A DNA stretch of 64,000 bases from Anthoceros angustus (taxonomy: Eukaryota > Plantae > Anthocerotophyta): assembly GCA_010909165.1 (NCBI GenBank), contig MU008211.1, positions 62,001 to 126,000 of the forward strand. The letters run 5' to 3'. Below, piece after piece: positions 1 through 11,689 of this stretch; within the stretch, counting starts at the first letter, position 1, and each line of letters begins with the position of its first letter. The translations under genes and the position numbers were made by a program. The notes under the pieces were generated by a model. It had not been told where the DNA came from. It searched no databases and was given only the letters and a program-made list of their open reading frames with translations.

Positions 1-147
1 AGACATACCGAGTGTGAGCTCCGTATGGCGAACCCAAAAGGCCGCCAAAGAGCTCGCCTAGAGGGCGCAACCCACGTAACCACCGCCACCCACCAAACTA
101 GCTACCAGACCAAGAACAAGTCGGGGTAGGAAATCCACCAGCTAAAG

Positions 148-371
148 TGTTAGGATTTAGTAAGGCGGAGCTATATAATTAAAGTAGGCAAAAGAATTAT
201 AGATTATTATCAAAACACTCAACCAAAGGGGTTTTATACTACAAACTAACTAAGCGACTTTTCACTTGTATTTGCTCATATTTAGGTTAACTCAGCATTA
301 TATCTAGAATATATGTGGCATAATAGCTAACCCTAGTGACGTGGTTACATAAACCAGAGATGGTCTTAACA
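148..371 (-). repeat. 3' LTR of copia element (224 bp)
   Basis: TG...CA termini; direct repeat of 6640-6868. Confidence 0.95.
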
Positions 372-380
372 CACCCCCTT
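372..380 (-). promoter_or_regulatory. Polypurine tract
   Basis: AAGGGGGTG on minus immediately before the 3' LTR. Confidence 0.8.
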
Positions 381-792
381 AACCACGACACGGGGGATCA
401 GAGTGACACCAGCAATGATAAGCGCTACAGTCCACCTTGCGCTCACCTTGGCTGTGCACTCGCCATTGCGATTTTCCTGCTCGCCAAACATGTGCAAAAG
501 GAACTGCAGAAGCTGGTGCGCAAGACACAAGCACGGGGACGAGCGCAGGAACACAAGAGAAGGCATGAAGTAAAGAAACTAATCACGCTGGCGGGATGGG
601 ACTTCGAGCTGGCTCACGTTGTCAGTAAACCAGCGGGGCTGGAGGCAGAAAACACAATGCGAGTTGGTGACGAAGGCGGCTAGGAGCTCGAATCCCATTC
701 GGAGCGGGATATATTGGATAAGGACGCGAGAGCTTCATCCGGCAGACATCGGTGCTCATTACGCAGACAGATATGCTAACTGGTGGAAGATA

Positions 793-3226
793 CTAGAGTC
801 GAATCCCCATCTCTTCAAGAAAGAAACTGTGCTTAGCCTTAGGAAGGGCCTTGGTAAGCAGATCAGCTAGGTTCAGATCTGTGGGAATGTATTCAATCTT
901 CACAATCTTCCAACTCGAATGGGATCGAAATGGGTCATATTGTTCAATATGTTTCGTGAAAATGAACGGGATTGCCAACTAAAGCTATTGTGGATTGATT
1001 GTCGCAACATACGCGAGTTGGTTTGGCCTGTGGAAACTGGAGATCAGCAAGAAAAGTGCGTGCCCACTCTGCCTCCTTAGCTGAATCGGTCAGAGCCTTA
1101 TATTCAGCCTCGGTGGAGGAGAGGGCTACGGATACCTGCTTCTTCGTACTCCAAGTTACAACAGCGCCACACAATGTAAAGCAGTAAGCTGATAAACTAC
1201 GGCGAGTCTCGGGATCAGAGGCCCAATCTGCGTCAGCAAAGCCTTGAAGAATAAAATCTGACTCTGGAGAAACACCACGGTAACAGATTCCATATGTTGA
1301 TGTCCCTTTCAAATAACGCAGGATGCGTTTAACAGCGCCCCAATGATCCTTTCCAGGCTTTTCGAGGAACTGCGAAACGCAACTCACTGCATGCTGGATA
1401 TCTGGACGAGTCCAGCAGGCGATATAATTAAGACAGCCCACGGCATGGCGGTATGGGACATCCACCATGTCCTGAAATTCTTCATCAGTCTGTGGAGATT
1501 GCTCAGAGGTAAGCCTTGCACCAACAACCCCTGGTGTGCCAACTGATTTTGCTTGATCAAGATTGAAACGCTTCAGGGTTTCATTGACGTATTTTGTCTG
1601 GTGTAAGAAAAGAGTCTTCTGAGCACGATCCCTGAGAAGCTGAACTCCAAGTACGAAGGTGAGAGCACCTATGTCTTTCATCTCGTACTGTTTATGAAGC
1701 ATTTGCTTAATCCAGCTCATAAGCTCTCGGCTGTCTGATGCTAAAATAGCATCATCAACATATAGGGCTAATATAACGATGTGTCCTTTCCTGATGTAGA
1801 TGTACACGTTGGAATCGGCAGAACTCTGGGTAAAGCCTATCGATTTGAGGTAAGCATCGATCGTTTTATACCATTCCCTTGCACTCTGTTTGAGCCCATA
1901 TATGGTCTTTTTAAGCTTACATACCCAAGTTGGATGCTGCGGATCTACAAATCCCTCCGGCTGTTCCATAAAAATATCCTCCTCCAGCTCTCCATAAAGG
2001 AAAGCAGTGGATACATCCATCTGTTCTAAATCCCAGTCACGGGCAGCTGCTAAAGCCAGAATCATTCTAATGGATTGAGTTTTTACCACAGGACTGAAGG
2101 TATCGGTGTAATCTACGCCAGCCACTTGGGAAAACCCTCGAGCAACAAGTCTGGATTTGTATCTCGCAATCTGTCCTTGAGCATTAAGTTTGTGCTTAAA
2201 TACCCACTTGCAACTGACTGCCTTACGGCCAGCAGGCAGAGGACAAAGCTCCCAAGTTCCATTTTTGACGAGTGAATTAAACTCATCCTGTATTGAGGGA
2301 ATCCACTTGTCCTTATCACGGCCTGTGATTGCCTCCTTATATGATTTTGGTTCAGCTGGATGTTCCATGGAGGAGGAGAAAACAGCAGGTAATTTAGTTA
2401 TCAATCTAGAAGATCTGGTGTTCCGGAAATCTATAGCTTCATATGGTCGTTCATGCCACTGAGCTCTGGGGTTTCTTGTTCTGCTGGGATACCTAGGTTC
2501 AGCAGGAACAGATGCATCCGGAACAGGGATCTCGGGTTCAATAGGAGCAAGAGTATCTTGGTCATCATCAGAAGAGGCAACAACATCAACATCCACGAGA
2601 TCAGTTGTAGTTTCAGGTGCCACCAAATCAGTAGGTAAGTCCTCAGAGTGTGCTGCGAGAGGTTCCTGCAAATCATCATCTGACACACCTAAATCGGCAG
2701 GTGTTAAGTCATCCTCCTGCTGCGAAGCAGGCAAAGGAGATTCAAGCGGCGGATTTTCAGATGAAGAAGGTAAGTCACCCCCTGAACCACTAGCAGCCAC
2801 ACCCCCTGAAGGGAAAACCATATACAGATCTTGGGGAAATTCCGAAACAGCAGCATCAAAATCATCCTCAGTAAGGACAGGAGGAGTAGAAACATCAGCG
2901 AAATGAGAAGCAGCTGGCTGAGTAAGTTCCTTAAAAGTGACACTGCGTGCGAAAACACATGACCGAGAAATGGGGTCATATAGCTTGTAGGCTTTGGTTT
3001 CTTCACCATACCCAACAAAGATAAAGGGCCGAGCACGGGCATCTAACTTCTTACGTTGCTCTGCAGGGACATAAGCATATGCAGGGGACCCAAAGACACG
3101 AAGATGAAGTATACTAGGTCGACGCTGCCATAGAACTTCAAAAGGAGTACGCCGTACATAAGAAGACGATTCAAAATGTGGGTGAAATGACAATCGCCTA
3201 AAGATGCTTTTGGCAAGCCAGACCAT
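793..3226 (-). CDS. copia pol: integrase C-terminus, reverse transcriptase, RNase H (frameshifted near the end)
   Basis: ORFs 944-3226 and 793-978: KWVFK..ARYKSRLVARGFSQ, LYVDD, FADADWA, TEAEYKA, CDNQS, EYIPTDLNLADLLTKAL. Confidence 0.95.
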
Positions 3227-5671
3227 TGAAGCATGCTACGAGTCATGCCTAACAGAGTTTGTTGACGACGTTCTGCCACACCATTTTGTTGTTGGGTGTA
3301 GAACCCAAGTCGTCTCAAGATACCATGGCCAAGATGAAATTGGTCAAGGTCAATTCACAAACCGCCTCATTGTCGAATAAGCAATCAAGAAGCATGTTTA
3401 CGAACCATGGGGAGCTACCTTGAAACACCGAAAAGGTATCTGATTTCTTAGTAATAGGGTATGTCCAGCAATATCTGCTATAATCGTCAGTTAACGTAAG
3501 GTAGTAGTTGGAGCCACCCAAAGAAGGAACATGTATCTTGCCAGATATGTCTGTGTGCACAAGATCAAGGACGTTGGAAGTCCTGTGGGCAACAGCAGTT
3601 GGAAAAGGTAACTCCTTTTGCTTGGCCAGAATACAAGAGTCACAAAGGGGAAGTTCCTTAAAGCATTTGGGCAACGGTTCCCTATAGCAGTCCATGTTGG
3701 ACATTTTTAGAAGTTTGTTCTTGTTTGCATGTCCCAAACGAGCATGCCAAAGTTGAGCTAACGCGGACTGTGTGCTTGCAGCCACAAAAGCACTGTGGGC
3801 TGGTTGAGAGCATATATCCAGCTTGTAGAGGTCATCTACCAAGATCCCTCGAGCTAGGGAAACACCTTGAGCAGCATCTTTGTACGTAAGAGTACAACCA
3901 GATGCAGAGAAGCAGAGATCAAATTGTCGAAGCTTCATAAGCTGGCTGACAGACAGGAGGTGCTTGGCCATGGTAGGAACATATAAAACATGATCAAGCT
4001 GAAGAGCAGTGCCATCCTTCAGTCGAAAGGTACAAGAGCCCTTGCCATGAATTTTAAGGCCTGTCTGGGAAAGTTCATCTCCCAGCAGAACCTTCTCATT
4101 TGTTCTTGTGGGAGTGAAATTGGTAAGCAAGTTCTTGTTGTGGCAGATATGGGAAGTTGCTCCCGAATCCAGATACCATGAGTCACGTTCGCAAACGGAA
4201 ACATGGTGACACACAGTCATGACCACAGGCGGCTTGCTGGAGGAAGCAGCCGAAGAAGACCTGTCTTTGGAAACCGAATGCGCCTCAACCACCTTCTGGG
4301 TTTTCTCGGCCTTTTTCGGTTCTCCATTTTTCTTCTTCTTACACTCGCGTTCCCAGTGCCCTTGTATGCCACACCAATTGCAAGATCCAGTACGCTTACC
4401 AGTTGCTGGTTTAGAAACACCGGCACCAGACGGGTTTCTGCCTTTCCCTTGAGATTTGGGTTTATTCAAGTAAAGGACCTTATCAGCCTTTGGTTTTCCA
4501 GGTGAATGGTGGCCCCGACTCTGCTCTTCTTGGAGTAAGGCTCCAACCACTTCAGTGAAGGAAATCTGAGGGGCCAGCCCAAGAGCTGCAGCTTGCTGTG
4601 CAGCATTTAGGATAGCACCGTAGCTAGATACAAAGGACTGATAACTTGGTGGCAAGCTACTCAGTAATTGCGCAACGGCATTGACATCATCAAGTTGTGT
4701 CCCCAATGAGATCAGCTGGGAACGTAGGAGCCTGAATTTGGCAATAAAGGTACCAACTTTCTCACCTTCCTTCATTCGCAGGGAGAACAGCTCGGTACGT
4801 ACATGGCACAGGGTATGAATGTTTCTCACATCATGTGTCTGTGCCAATTGCCTCCAGATGTCCTCAGCCTTTAAAAGATAGGCAACATCTGGAACGAGCA
4901 CTTCATCCAGCCCACTAATGAGCAAGGCACGAGCAACACTATTTGCGTTTGCCCATCTGTCCTTGTCATCTTGAGTGGCAGTGGGTAAAGGTTCGGGGTA
5001 CTGTCCTGTCACAACCAGCCAGACGTGTCGAGCCTCGAGTGCAGCTCGCATGCGGACACTCCATACAGGGTATTTAGTTCCATTAAACCTGTCACGTTCT
5101 TTGAACTCAATCGTGTAGTCGATAAACGCGGTCACAGCTACTGGGTAAACCAACAGAAGGATTTGAATGCGCAGGAGGGGCTGGTGGAATCGGTGGTGGA
5201 GGATTGGGGTGACAAGCACGGGAAGGTTTGGTGGAGGTGTCTTGGCGGAGCTTGCACATGACTTGCATACCAAGGCCGCCGCATAATTTCCACTTAAGCA
5301 CATGTGGTACCAAAGAGGAACCCCAAAGGCACCCGCGGTGATAAAACCCAGGATTGGGAACATACCACCGCTGAGAAGAAGGACCGCTGTGCCGACAAGC
5401 ATTGTGCAGGCCTCATGGCACGAAGCGCAGCGGAGGCGCTCGATGCAGAACCGCCAGAATCCGAGGCAGTCCCCGCATTGCTCACTGCAAATCGTCCCAG
5501 AGTTGTTGATGTGCCTTGTGTTTGTGTAGAGACCCCACCAGAATATGTTGCCGAACCAGACGCGGGAGGGCTACCACCAGCACCTGCGTGCGTTGAAGGA
5601 GAGCCCTGGCCGTCGGCATCCAAAGGGTCATCCTCGTCGCCGGAGCCGAACCGGATCCCCCTGTTGCTCAT
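3043..5671 (-). CDS. copia gag-protease-integrase (several frameshifts)
   Basis: CNWCGIQGHWEREC zinc knuckle, WYLDSGATSHIC protease, LWHARLGH...CDSC, LVHTDISG, QQNGVAER. Probable start MSNRGI at 5671. Confidence 0.9.
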
Positions 5672-6627
5672 TGCTGAAAGAAGTAACGAAGTCTGGCCGT
5701 GAACCTTCAAACGAAGGTCACGAGTCGCGAGACTCGACAGTTATGGTAAGCGACAGTTGGATTCTGCATCCATGTGCCGCTTGAAAGTTTAAATACTCTG
5801 CCGGAAATCGTGTTTGGCGATCAATCGATGGCCGATTCAAATCTCACCACAGTTGATTCTTGCGATTGATGCAGGAGCGCGCGCCTCAGCGAGACAGGAA
5901 AGTCGATCCTCTTTGTGATCTTCTTTTTGCCTTTGAATTCATAGATGTCTTGTAAAGTGCCAAGCTGATGGCTTCCTCCAAATCTGCTTCTGATTGTGGA
6001 AAACTTGGATTGTACCTCAACAAAAACCCTTCTAGCAGAGAGCAAATTGTGTCACATCTGTCAATCAGGTTGCGCAGTTGAATTTGCAGATTGCGAATTT
6101 CACCAAAACGCAAAGTGTGTTGCGGGCGTGGCATAGATTACATTCTGTCGTCGAGCTCGCGCTGCGTTGAAAGGCCTTCGACGACGCGAACTCTCCGCTC
6201 GCAGGAATCTATCTTGGGTAAAACCCTGCTCACAGTTGATGGCTTTTTCGAAATTCCGAGAATGATCTGAAAGTGTTCTCAAGCGAGATCTGACTGCTTT
6301 GGGACTTGCGCAATGGCTTTGTTCCCAAGGCGCGTTAGTCACGGGTCTTTCATTCCTTGAGAACCAGACTCTTTTCTCGAAATTACGACGAGGCATTCTT
6401 TCCAAAATTTCTTTCTCCGCTCATATCAGACAATTGCAGCGGAAAAATGTACTCTAATCTAGACATTAGAATACATGTCTGGAAGAAAAAATTGTGACCA
6501 CAGAATCCAGAAACCACAAAATTGTGATTAGTGGATATTGTAGTCCTCATTTTTTCTTCGACATATGTATGTATATGTGTAGACTAGCATCTCTACAAAT
6601 ATATATTCAATCAAGTATCTAGAAAGT

Positions 6628-6639
6628 GCTCTGATACCA
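6628..6639 (-). promoter_or_regulatory. Primer-binding site, tRNA-iMet type
   Basis: TGGTATCAGAGC on minus directly after the 5' LTR. Confidence 0.95.
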
Positions 6640-6868
6640 TGTTAGGATTTAGTAGAGCGGAGCTATATAAATTGTAAAGTAGGCAAAAAGAATTATAGAT
6701 TATTATCAAAACACTCAACCAAAGGGGTTTTTATACTACAAACTAACTAAACAGCTTTTCACTTGTATTTGTTCATATTTAGGTTAACTCAGCATTATAT
6801 CTAGAATATATGTGGCATAATAGCTAACCCTAGTGACGTGGTTACATAAACCAGAGATGGTCTTAACA
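6640..6868 (-). repeat. 5' LTR of copia element (229 bp)
   Basis: Direct repeat of 148-371; differences are mostly short indels. Confidence 0.95.
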
Positions 6869-7829
6869 AAAAGGAACTGAACAAAATCGGAAAAATAAAT
6901 TTCACCGCCACCGCAGAACACACGATCGCGCGCAACTCCGGGCACACTCAAGGCGTGAACCCGGCGGGCCCCACCCCAGAGCCGTAGGCAACAGGGCTAC
7001 ACCTGCCGTCGCGGACTCGGCCAACTGCCTCACCCGGAGGCACACTCTCACCGCGGAAGCTAGGCCTTGCCCGTCCGGACAGCCGGTCCGCAGCGGTGGG
7101 ACTCCTGCCCGAGCCTCGCCTCGCCTTGCACGCAGCGATCCTGCCGCCTCACTTGTCCTCAGCACTTTGCTGGTCTGCACACTGCACAGCGCGCCGCACC
7201 ACAATCACGCCCCGTACCACCGTGCCGCCCGCCATGGCGCCCACTTTAGCACGCTCCCTCCCGCGCTGCGCTGCTCCTGCTGCTCAAGCCCACTCCGCCC
7301 CGCTCCTTACCGCCCCCTCCGCCTTGCACCCGCGCCTCACCGCGCCTCACCCGGGCCCTCGCGCCCCGCTTGAGCACCTCCCCGCGTCGGGACCTTGAGC
7401 CGTACACGTGCGCCACGCAGTTCATGGCTCGCTGCATACCGCCAGCTCCAGCGCCACCCGTCCAAGCGCCCGCCGCGCCGCCCTCAGCCCGCCATGCCCC
7501 TCCTGGCCCCTCCTTGCGCTCCCTCAGCCTCCGCTCCCTCCCTCCTCACGCCCCGCTCCTCCTCACTCAGCTCCTCCTCTCCCTCCGTGGCCCGCTCGCC
7601 CGCTCACCCGTTGCATGACCGCGTCTTTGAGATGATGTGAATATTAGTTTTTCCTCATCGTGTTTGAAGTTTGAACATAGTTTATCTGGGTGATGATATC
7701 CTTTAGAGATCATGGTCAAGCTAGCCTATAATAAAGTATTATATATTTTATTTTATTTTATTTTCATAACATGTTATGTATGTTTGCTCAAAATTCTAGG
7801 TTGAAGGGGAAAAAATTCATGGTGAATCC

Positions 7830-10800
7830 ATGCATGAGGAAGAAAACGAATACATTCACCCTCATGAACAAGTGGCTATAGAGATGGTGGAGGCACTTGG
7901 TGGAGTAAATTGCCGACTTGGTGAGGAAGAGGTAAATTCTTTGCCTAAGGAATTGAAGAGAATGCATACTGCAACCACATCTTTATGGACCGGAGCCAAA
8001 ACAAATTTCTTTGTCATTTACCTTATTATTGCTTAACGTCCGGAGGCATTGTTGGTCGGATGCATCTGAATACTATGTTGGAATTAATAGGGAGCTTAGG
8101 ACTCCGACAACAAGTTGCCCAAGAATAGAGCGAGATAAGAAAACTATTGAAGGATTTGGCCTGTCTTATAAATCTATACATGCTTGTCCAAATGACTCTA
8201 TTATTTCATGGCGAGCTCGACTCCGCTAATGTGCTGCAAGTGTGGGGCAAATAGATACGCGGATACAAAGGGCAAAAAATACCGTGAAGGTGTTGCGTTA
8301 TTTCCCATTAATTCCTAGGTTGAAGCAAATGTTTAGGTGCAAGAAGCTAGCTAGTATGATGTCTTGGCATGCAACATTTAAGTCTAGTGATGGGATCATG
8401 CGAATACCATCGATGAAGCGTGGGAATATGTGGACCAAACATTTCGAGTTTGCTATGGAGGCGCAATATTCGATTTGGGCTCGATGGGATTAACCCGTTT
8501 GGACACCGGAGTTCTCAATATTCCATTTGGCGGTACTTGTCAATTATAACTTGCCTCCATGGATGTCCATACGATGGACATATATTATTATCAATGATTA
8601 TTCGGTCCGAAGCAAGTGAAAATGCGACATTTATTTCCGCTTATTGAAGAGTTGAAGATATTGTGGGAAGAAGGCATAATAGTGGACGATATTTCTGGAG
8701 ATGGGAATGCTCAAAAACAATTTAGATTAAAAGCCTTATTGATGTGGACTATGCACGACTACCGTGATATACGGTCACTTCAAGCTTCAAACCAAAGGAA
8801 GCGGGCATGTCCAAATGTTGGGATAAACTTGAAGCACGCAGATCACCACACTAAAAATGACGATGATAAAAATTCTAGAATGCACTTGCCAGCAGGAGTT
8901 TAGAGTGGAAGAGAAGGACACATTTGATGGACGTGCTGTGACTGGAAGTGTTCTTCCGAGCGATGAACCTACAGCAACAGTTATCGTAAGAGAGAGTTTT
9001 TTACGGAAAACCGCAACTAAGGCGATTATTAGGCCTTGGGGTGTCACAAGCAATGAACCTTCAATTTTTTGGGAGCTTCCATATTGAAAGGTAGGTGTCG
9101 ATCCCGTTTTTTTATCCTTCACTTTAATATATCATAAACTGATTATGCTTTTTAGAACTTTGTAGCACTGAATGCTTACAATTATCATCAATATGCATAT
9201 GATGGCTGCAGGTGTTGCTAATTAGACACTTGTTTGATATCATTCACATTGGAAAGAACGTTAGTGAACAAATTATGAGGCACATTTGTGGGGAGTTTGA
9301 AACCCTTTCGAGTCGTAGAGATCTCGAACTATCAAATACCAAGCAGGAATGGTGGCCCAAGGGAGCTAACCTAAACCCAAGCCCAAGGGTAGGGCTGCTA
9401 GGGCTAGGGCATATACGCAAGCATCACTACCCCCAAGAAATAATAGGATAGGCAAAAAGAGGAAAAGGAAGAGGACAAGATGATGGTTGATGAAGGAACG
9501 CTTCGTGTGCATATGACTCCACCTTGGGTTCTTGGACATGGCACTAACTATTCTTATCCTAAAGCATTGGAGAAATTGAAGAGAAGGGTTTGCAACATCC
9601 GTATGCCCTGGTATGGGTCCAACTTAAACGTTGTTTTAAGAAAGGGACACGAGAGACAATTTCAGCAAGTCCCATGATCATCATCATTTGTTATGTGACA
9701 TATGGCCAATTGCCTTGAGAGGGTTGATACATCCACATGTGCATAAGGCTATATGTGATCTCGCAGAACTAATGCGTTGGCTTACCGCAAAAAGAAATTG
9801 TGAAGGATGAGATTCGCTATGAAGGTCAAAATTGGAGGTGATGTGCATTTTGAGAGAGAGTTTCCTACAACATTTCGACAAGCCGGTCCATCTTGTTATT
9901 CATCCGTGCGGAGGTTGAATTATGTGGGCCCACACGCTATCGTTGGATGTATTTTCTTGAACGCGACATGAAAGTGCTAAAGAACCTTGTACAAAAAGCT
10001 CGACCGGAAGGAAGCATGGCTTTAGGATATCTAGCACAAGAGAAAATGTTTTACTCTTCAGAATTCTTTGGAAATATCCATAATGCAGCTCCACGGATTT
10101 GGACAATGAAAGAAGATGTTACTCAAAGTGGGGAGTTGTTACAAGGATATGGAAAGACAAAGCATCTGTCAGATGTGGAAAGGAGTCAAGTGAGGAAAGT
10201 GATATTAGAGAACTCGGAGTGGACTAAGCAATGGAAAGAAGTATATGATGACAACGAAATCGAAGATTGCCCTTTTGTGGAGTGGTTACGATGAGGTGGA
10301 AAGATCTAAAAGGAACCGCATTAGAAATATATGGAAAGGAGGTGGTTGCACTTGTAAGAGGGCCATTTGAATCATGCGTTCTTATAGCATGATGTGGGCA
10401 TATGGACATCATATTCGGACGGCGGATCTTGATCTGGAAACAAACTTGTGATAGCATCATAACACAACTATATACATTTCTATGTATTGAAAACAGGTGA
10501 CCACGAACCCATTGCAGCAACTTGTATGTTGGACAAAGGAGAGGATTTATGAAGTTGATTTTGGAGTTACTACAAATATAAATGTGCTCAAGGTAAAGTG
10601 GTTCCACACCGGAATGAGGATAGGACAGAGAGAAGAGATGACTCCGGTATGGTCATGTTGAATCCAAACAAAAAGCGTTATCTCAAGAAAAGTCAAAGAC
10701 GAACCATTCGTTATGGTATCTCCGAAATTGAGGCGAGCTTTTATGCAAAATACCCAAAAATCTTGGAAACTTGTAGTTGGTACGCCCGTGGAACGTGTAG

Positions 10801-11520
10801 TAGAATGTGACGATTTTGATGGAAGACATGTCCATGAAGTGCTGGAATACAAGGATGACATGGAAGACGAGGATATCGATAGAAGACAAAGTGGAAGATG
10901 ATCATGAGCATATCGATGGAACTAGATATGTAGTGGAAGATAACGATGAAATGGAAGATGAGGATATCGATGGAATATACGTTGTTGAAGATGACATGGA
11001 AGATGAAGATATTGATGGAAGACATGTAATCGAACAAGAAGCTGACATAGAAGATGAGGATATTGATGAAAGACATGTAGTCGAAGATGAAGATGACATG
11101 GAAGATGAAGACGACAGGGAAGATGATGGTGATAGTGATGATGAGGATGACAAGGAAGATGCGGATGATGAGGAAGACGAGGATGCAGGTAGAGAGGATA
11201 TCGATGAAGAGACTACGGAAGATGAGGAGGGTAGCGAAAATGAGAAGGACATGGAATCAGAAGACGAGGACGCCAACAAGGAAGAAGAGGAAGATGAGGA
11301 CAACAAGGAAGAAGAGGAAGATGTGGACGAAAGGGAAGATGAAGAGGAAAGTAAAGATGAGGATGATAAGGAAGATGAGGATGAAAGCAAAGATGAGGAT
11401 GAGGATGACAAGGAAGATGAGGATGAAAGCAAAGACGAGGATGACAAGGAAGATGAGGATGAAAGCAAAGATGAGGACGAAAGCGAGGATGACAATAAAA
11501 AGATGAGGACAACTGAATGA
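7830..11520 (+). mobile_element. CACTA (En/Spm) TnpD-type transposase, frameshifted, with acidic C-terminal tail
   Basis: YKSIHACPND, KVLRYFPLIPRLKQMF, RNIRFGL-DGINPF, LIEELKILWEEG, LMWTMHDY (Transposase_21-like); GPTRYRWMYFLERDMKVLK..RPEGSMA (DUF4218-like); KVKWFH...DEPF (DUF4216-like). Termini not identified. Confidence 0.88.
10807..11520 (+). repeat. D/E-rich coding tandem repeats
   Basis: ~20-aa VVEDDMEDEDIDGRH units followed by DEDDKEDEDESK units. Confidence 0.85.
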
Positions 11521-11689
11521 GCTACGATAGATATCATCTTACGACATCGATGAGGAATTGAGAATGAGCGATACGTCATGTATGCGGTGTTAGAAGGTTT
11601 TGAAATTTCAAAATGTGATACAATGCTTGGGGTTTGAGTTTGGTCTTAATTATAACATATACAAGGCTTGCTTATAATGTGTGAATTAT

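Larger units (their letters stand above)
148..6868 (-). mobile_element. Full-length Ty1/copia LTR retrotransposon
   Basis: Near-identical LTRs at 148-371 and 6640-6868, both TGTTAG...TTAACA. PBS next to the right LTR, PPT next to the left LTR. Domain order gag-PR-IN-RT-RNaseH on minus. Flanks TAAAG/AAAAG give a 4/5 TSD match. Confidence 0.97.

Noticed and set aside
10902-11579. Ser-rich and Pro/His-rich ORFs on the minus strand and the Met/Lys/Arg-rich + frame
   Set aside because: Shadow frames of the D/E-coding repeat
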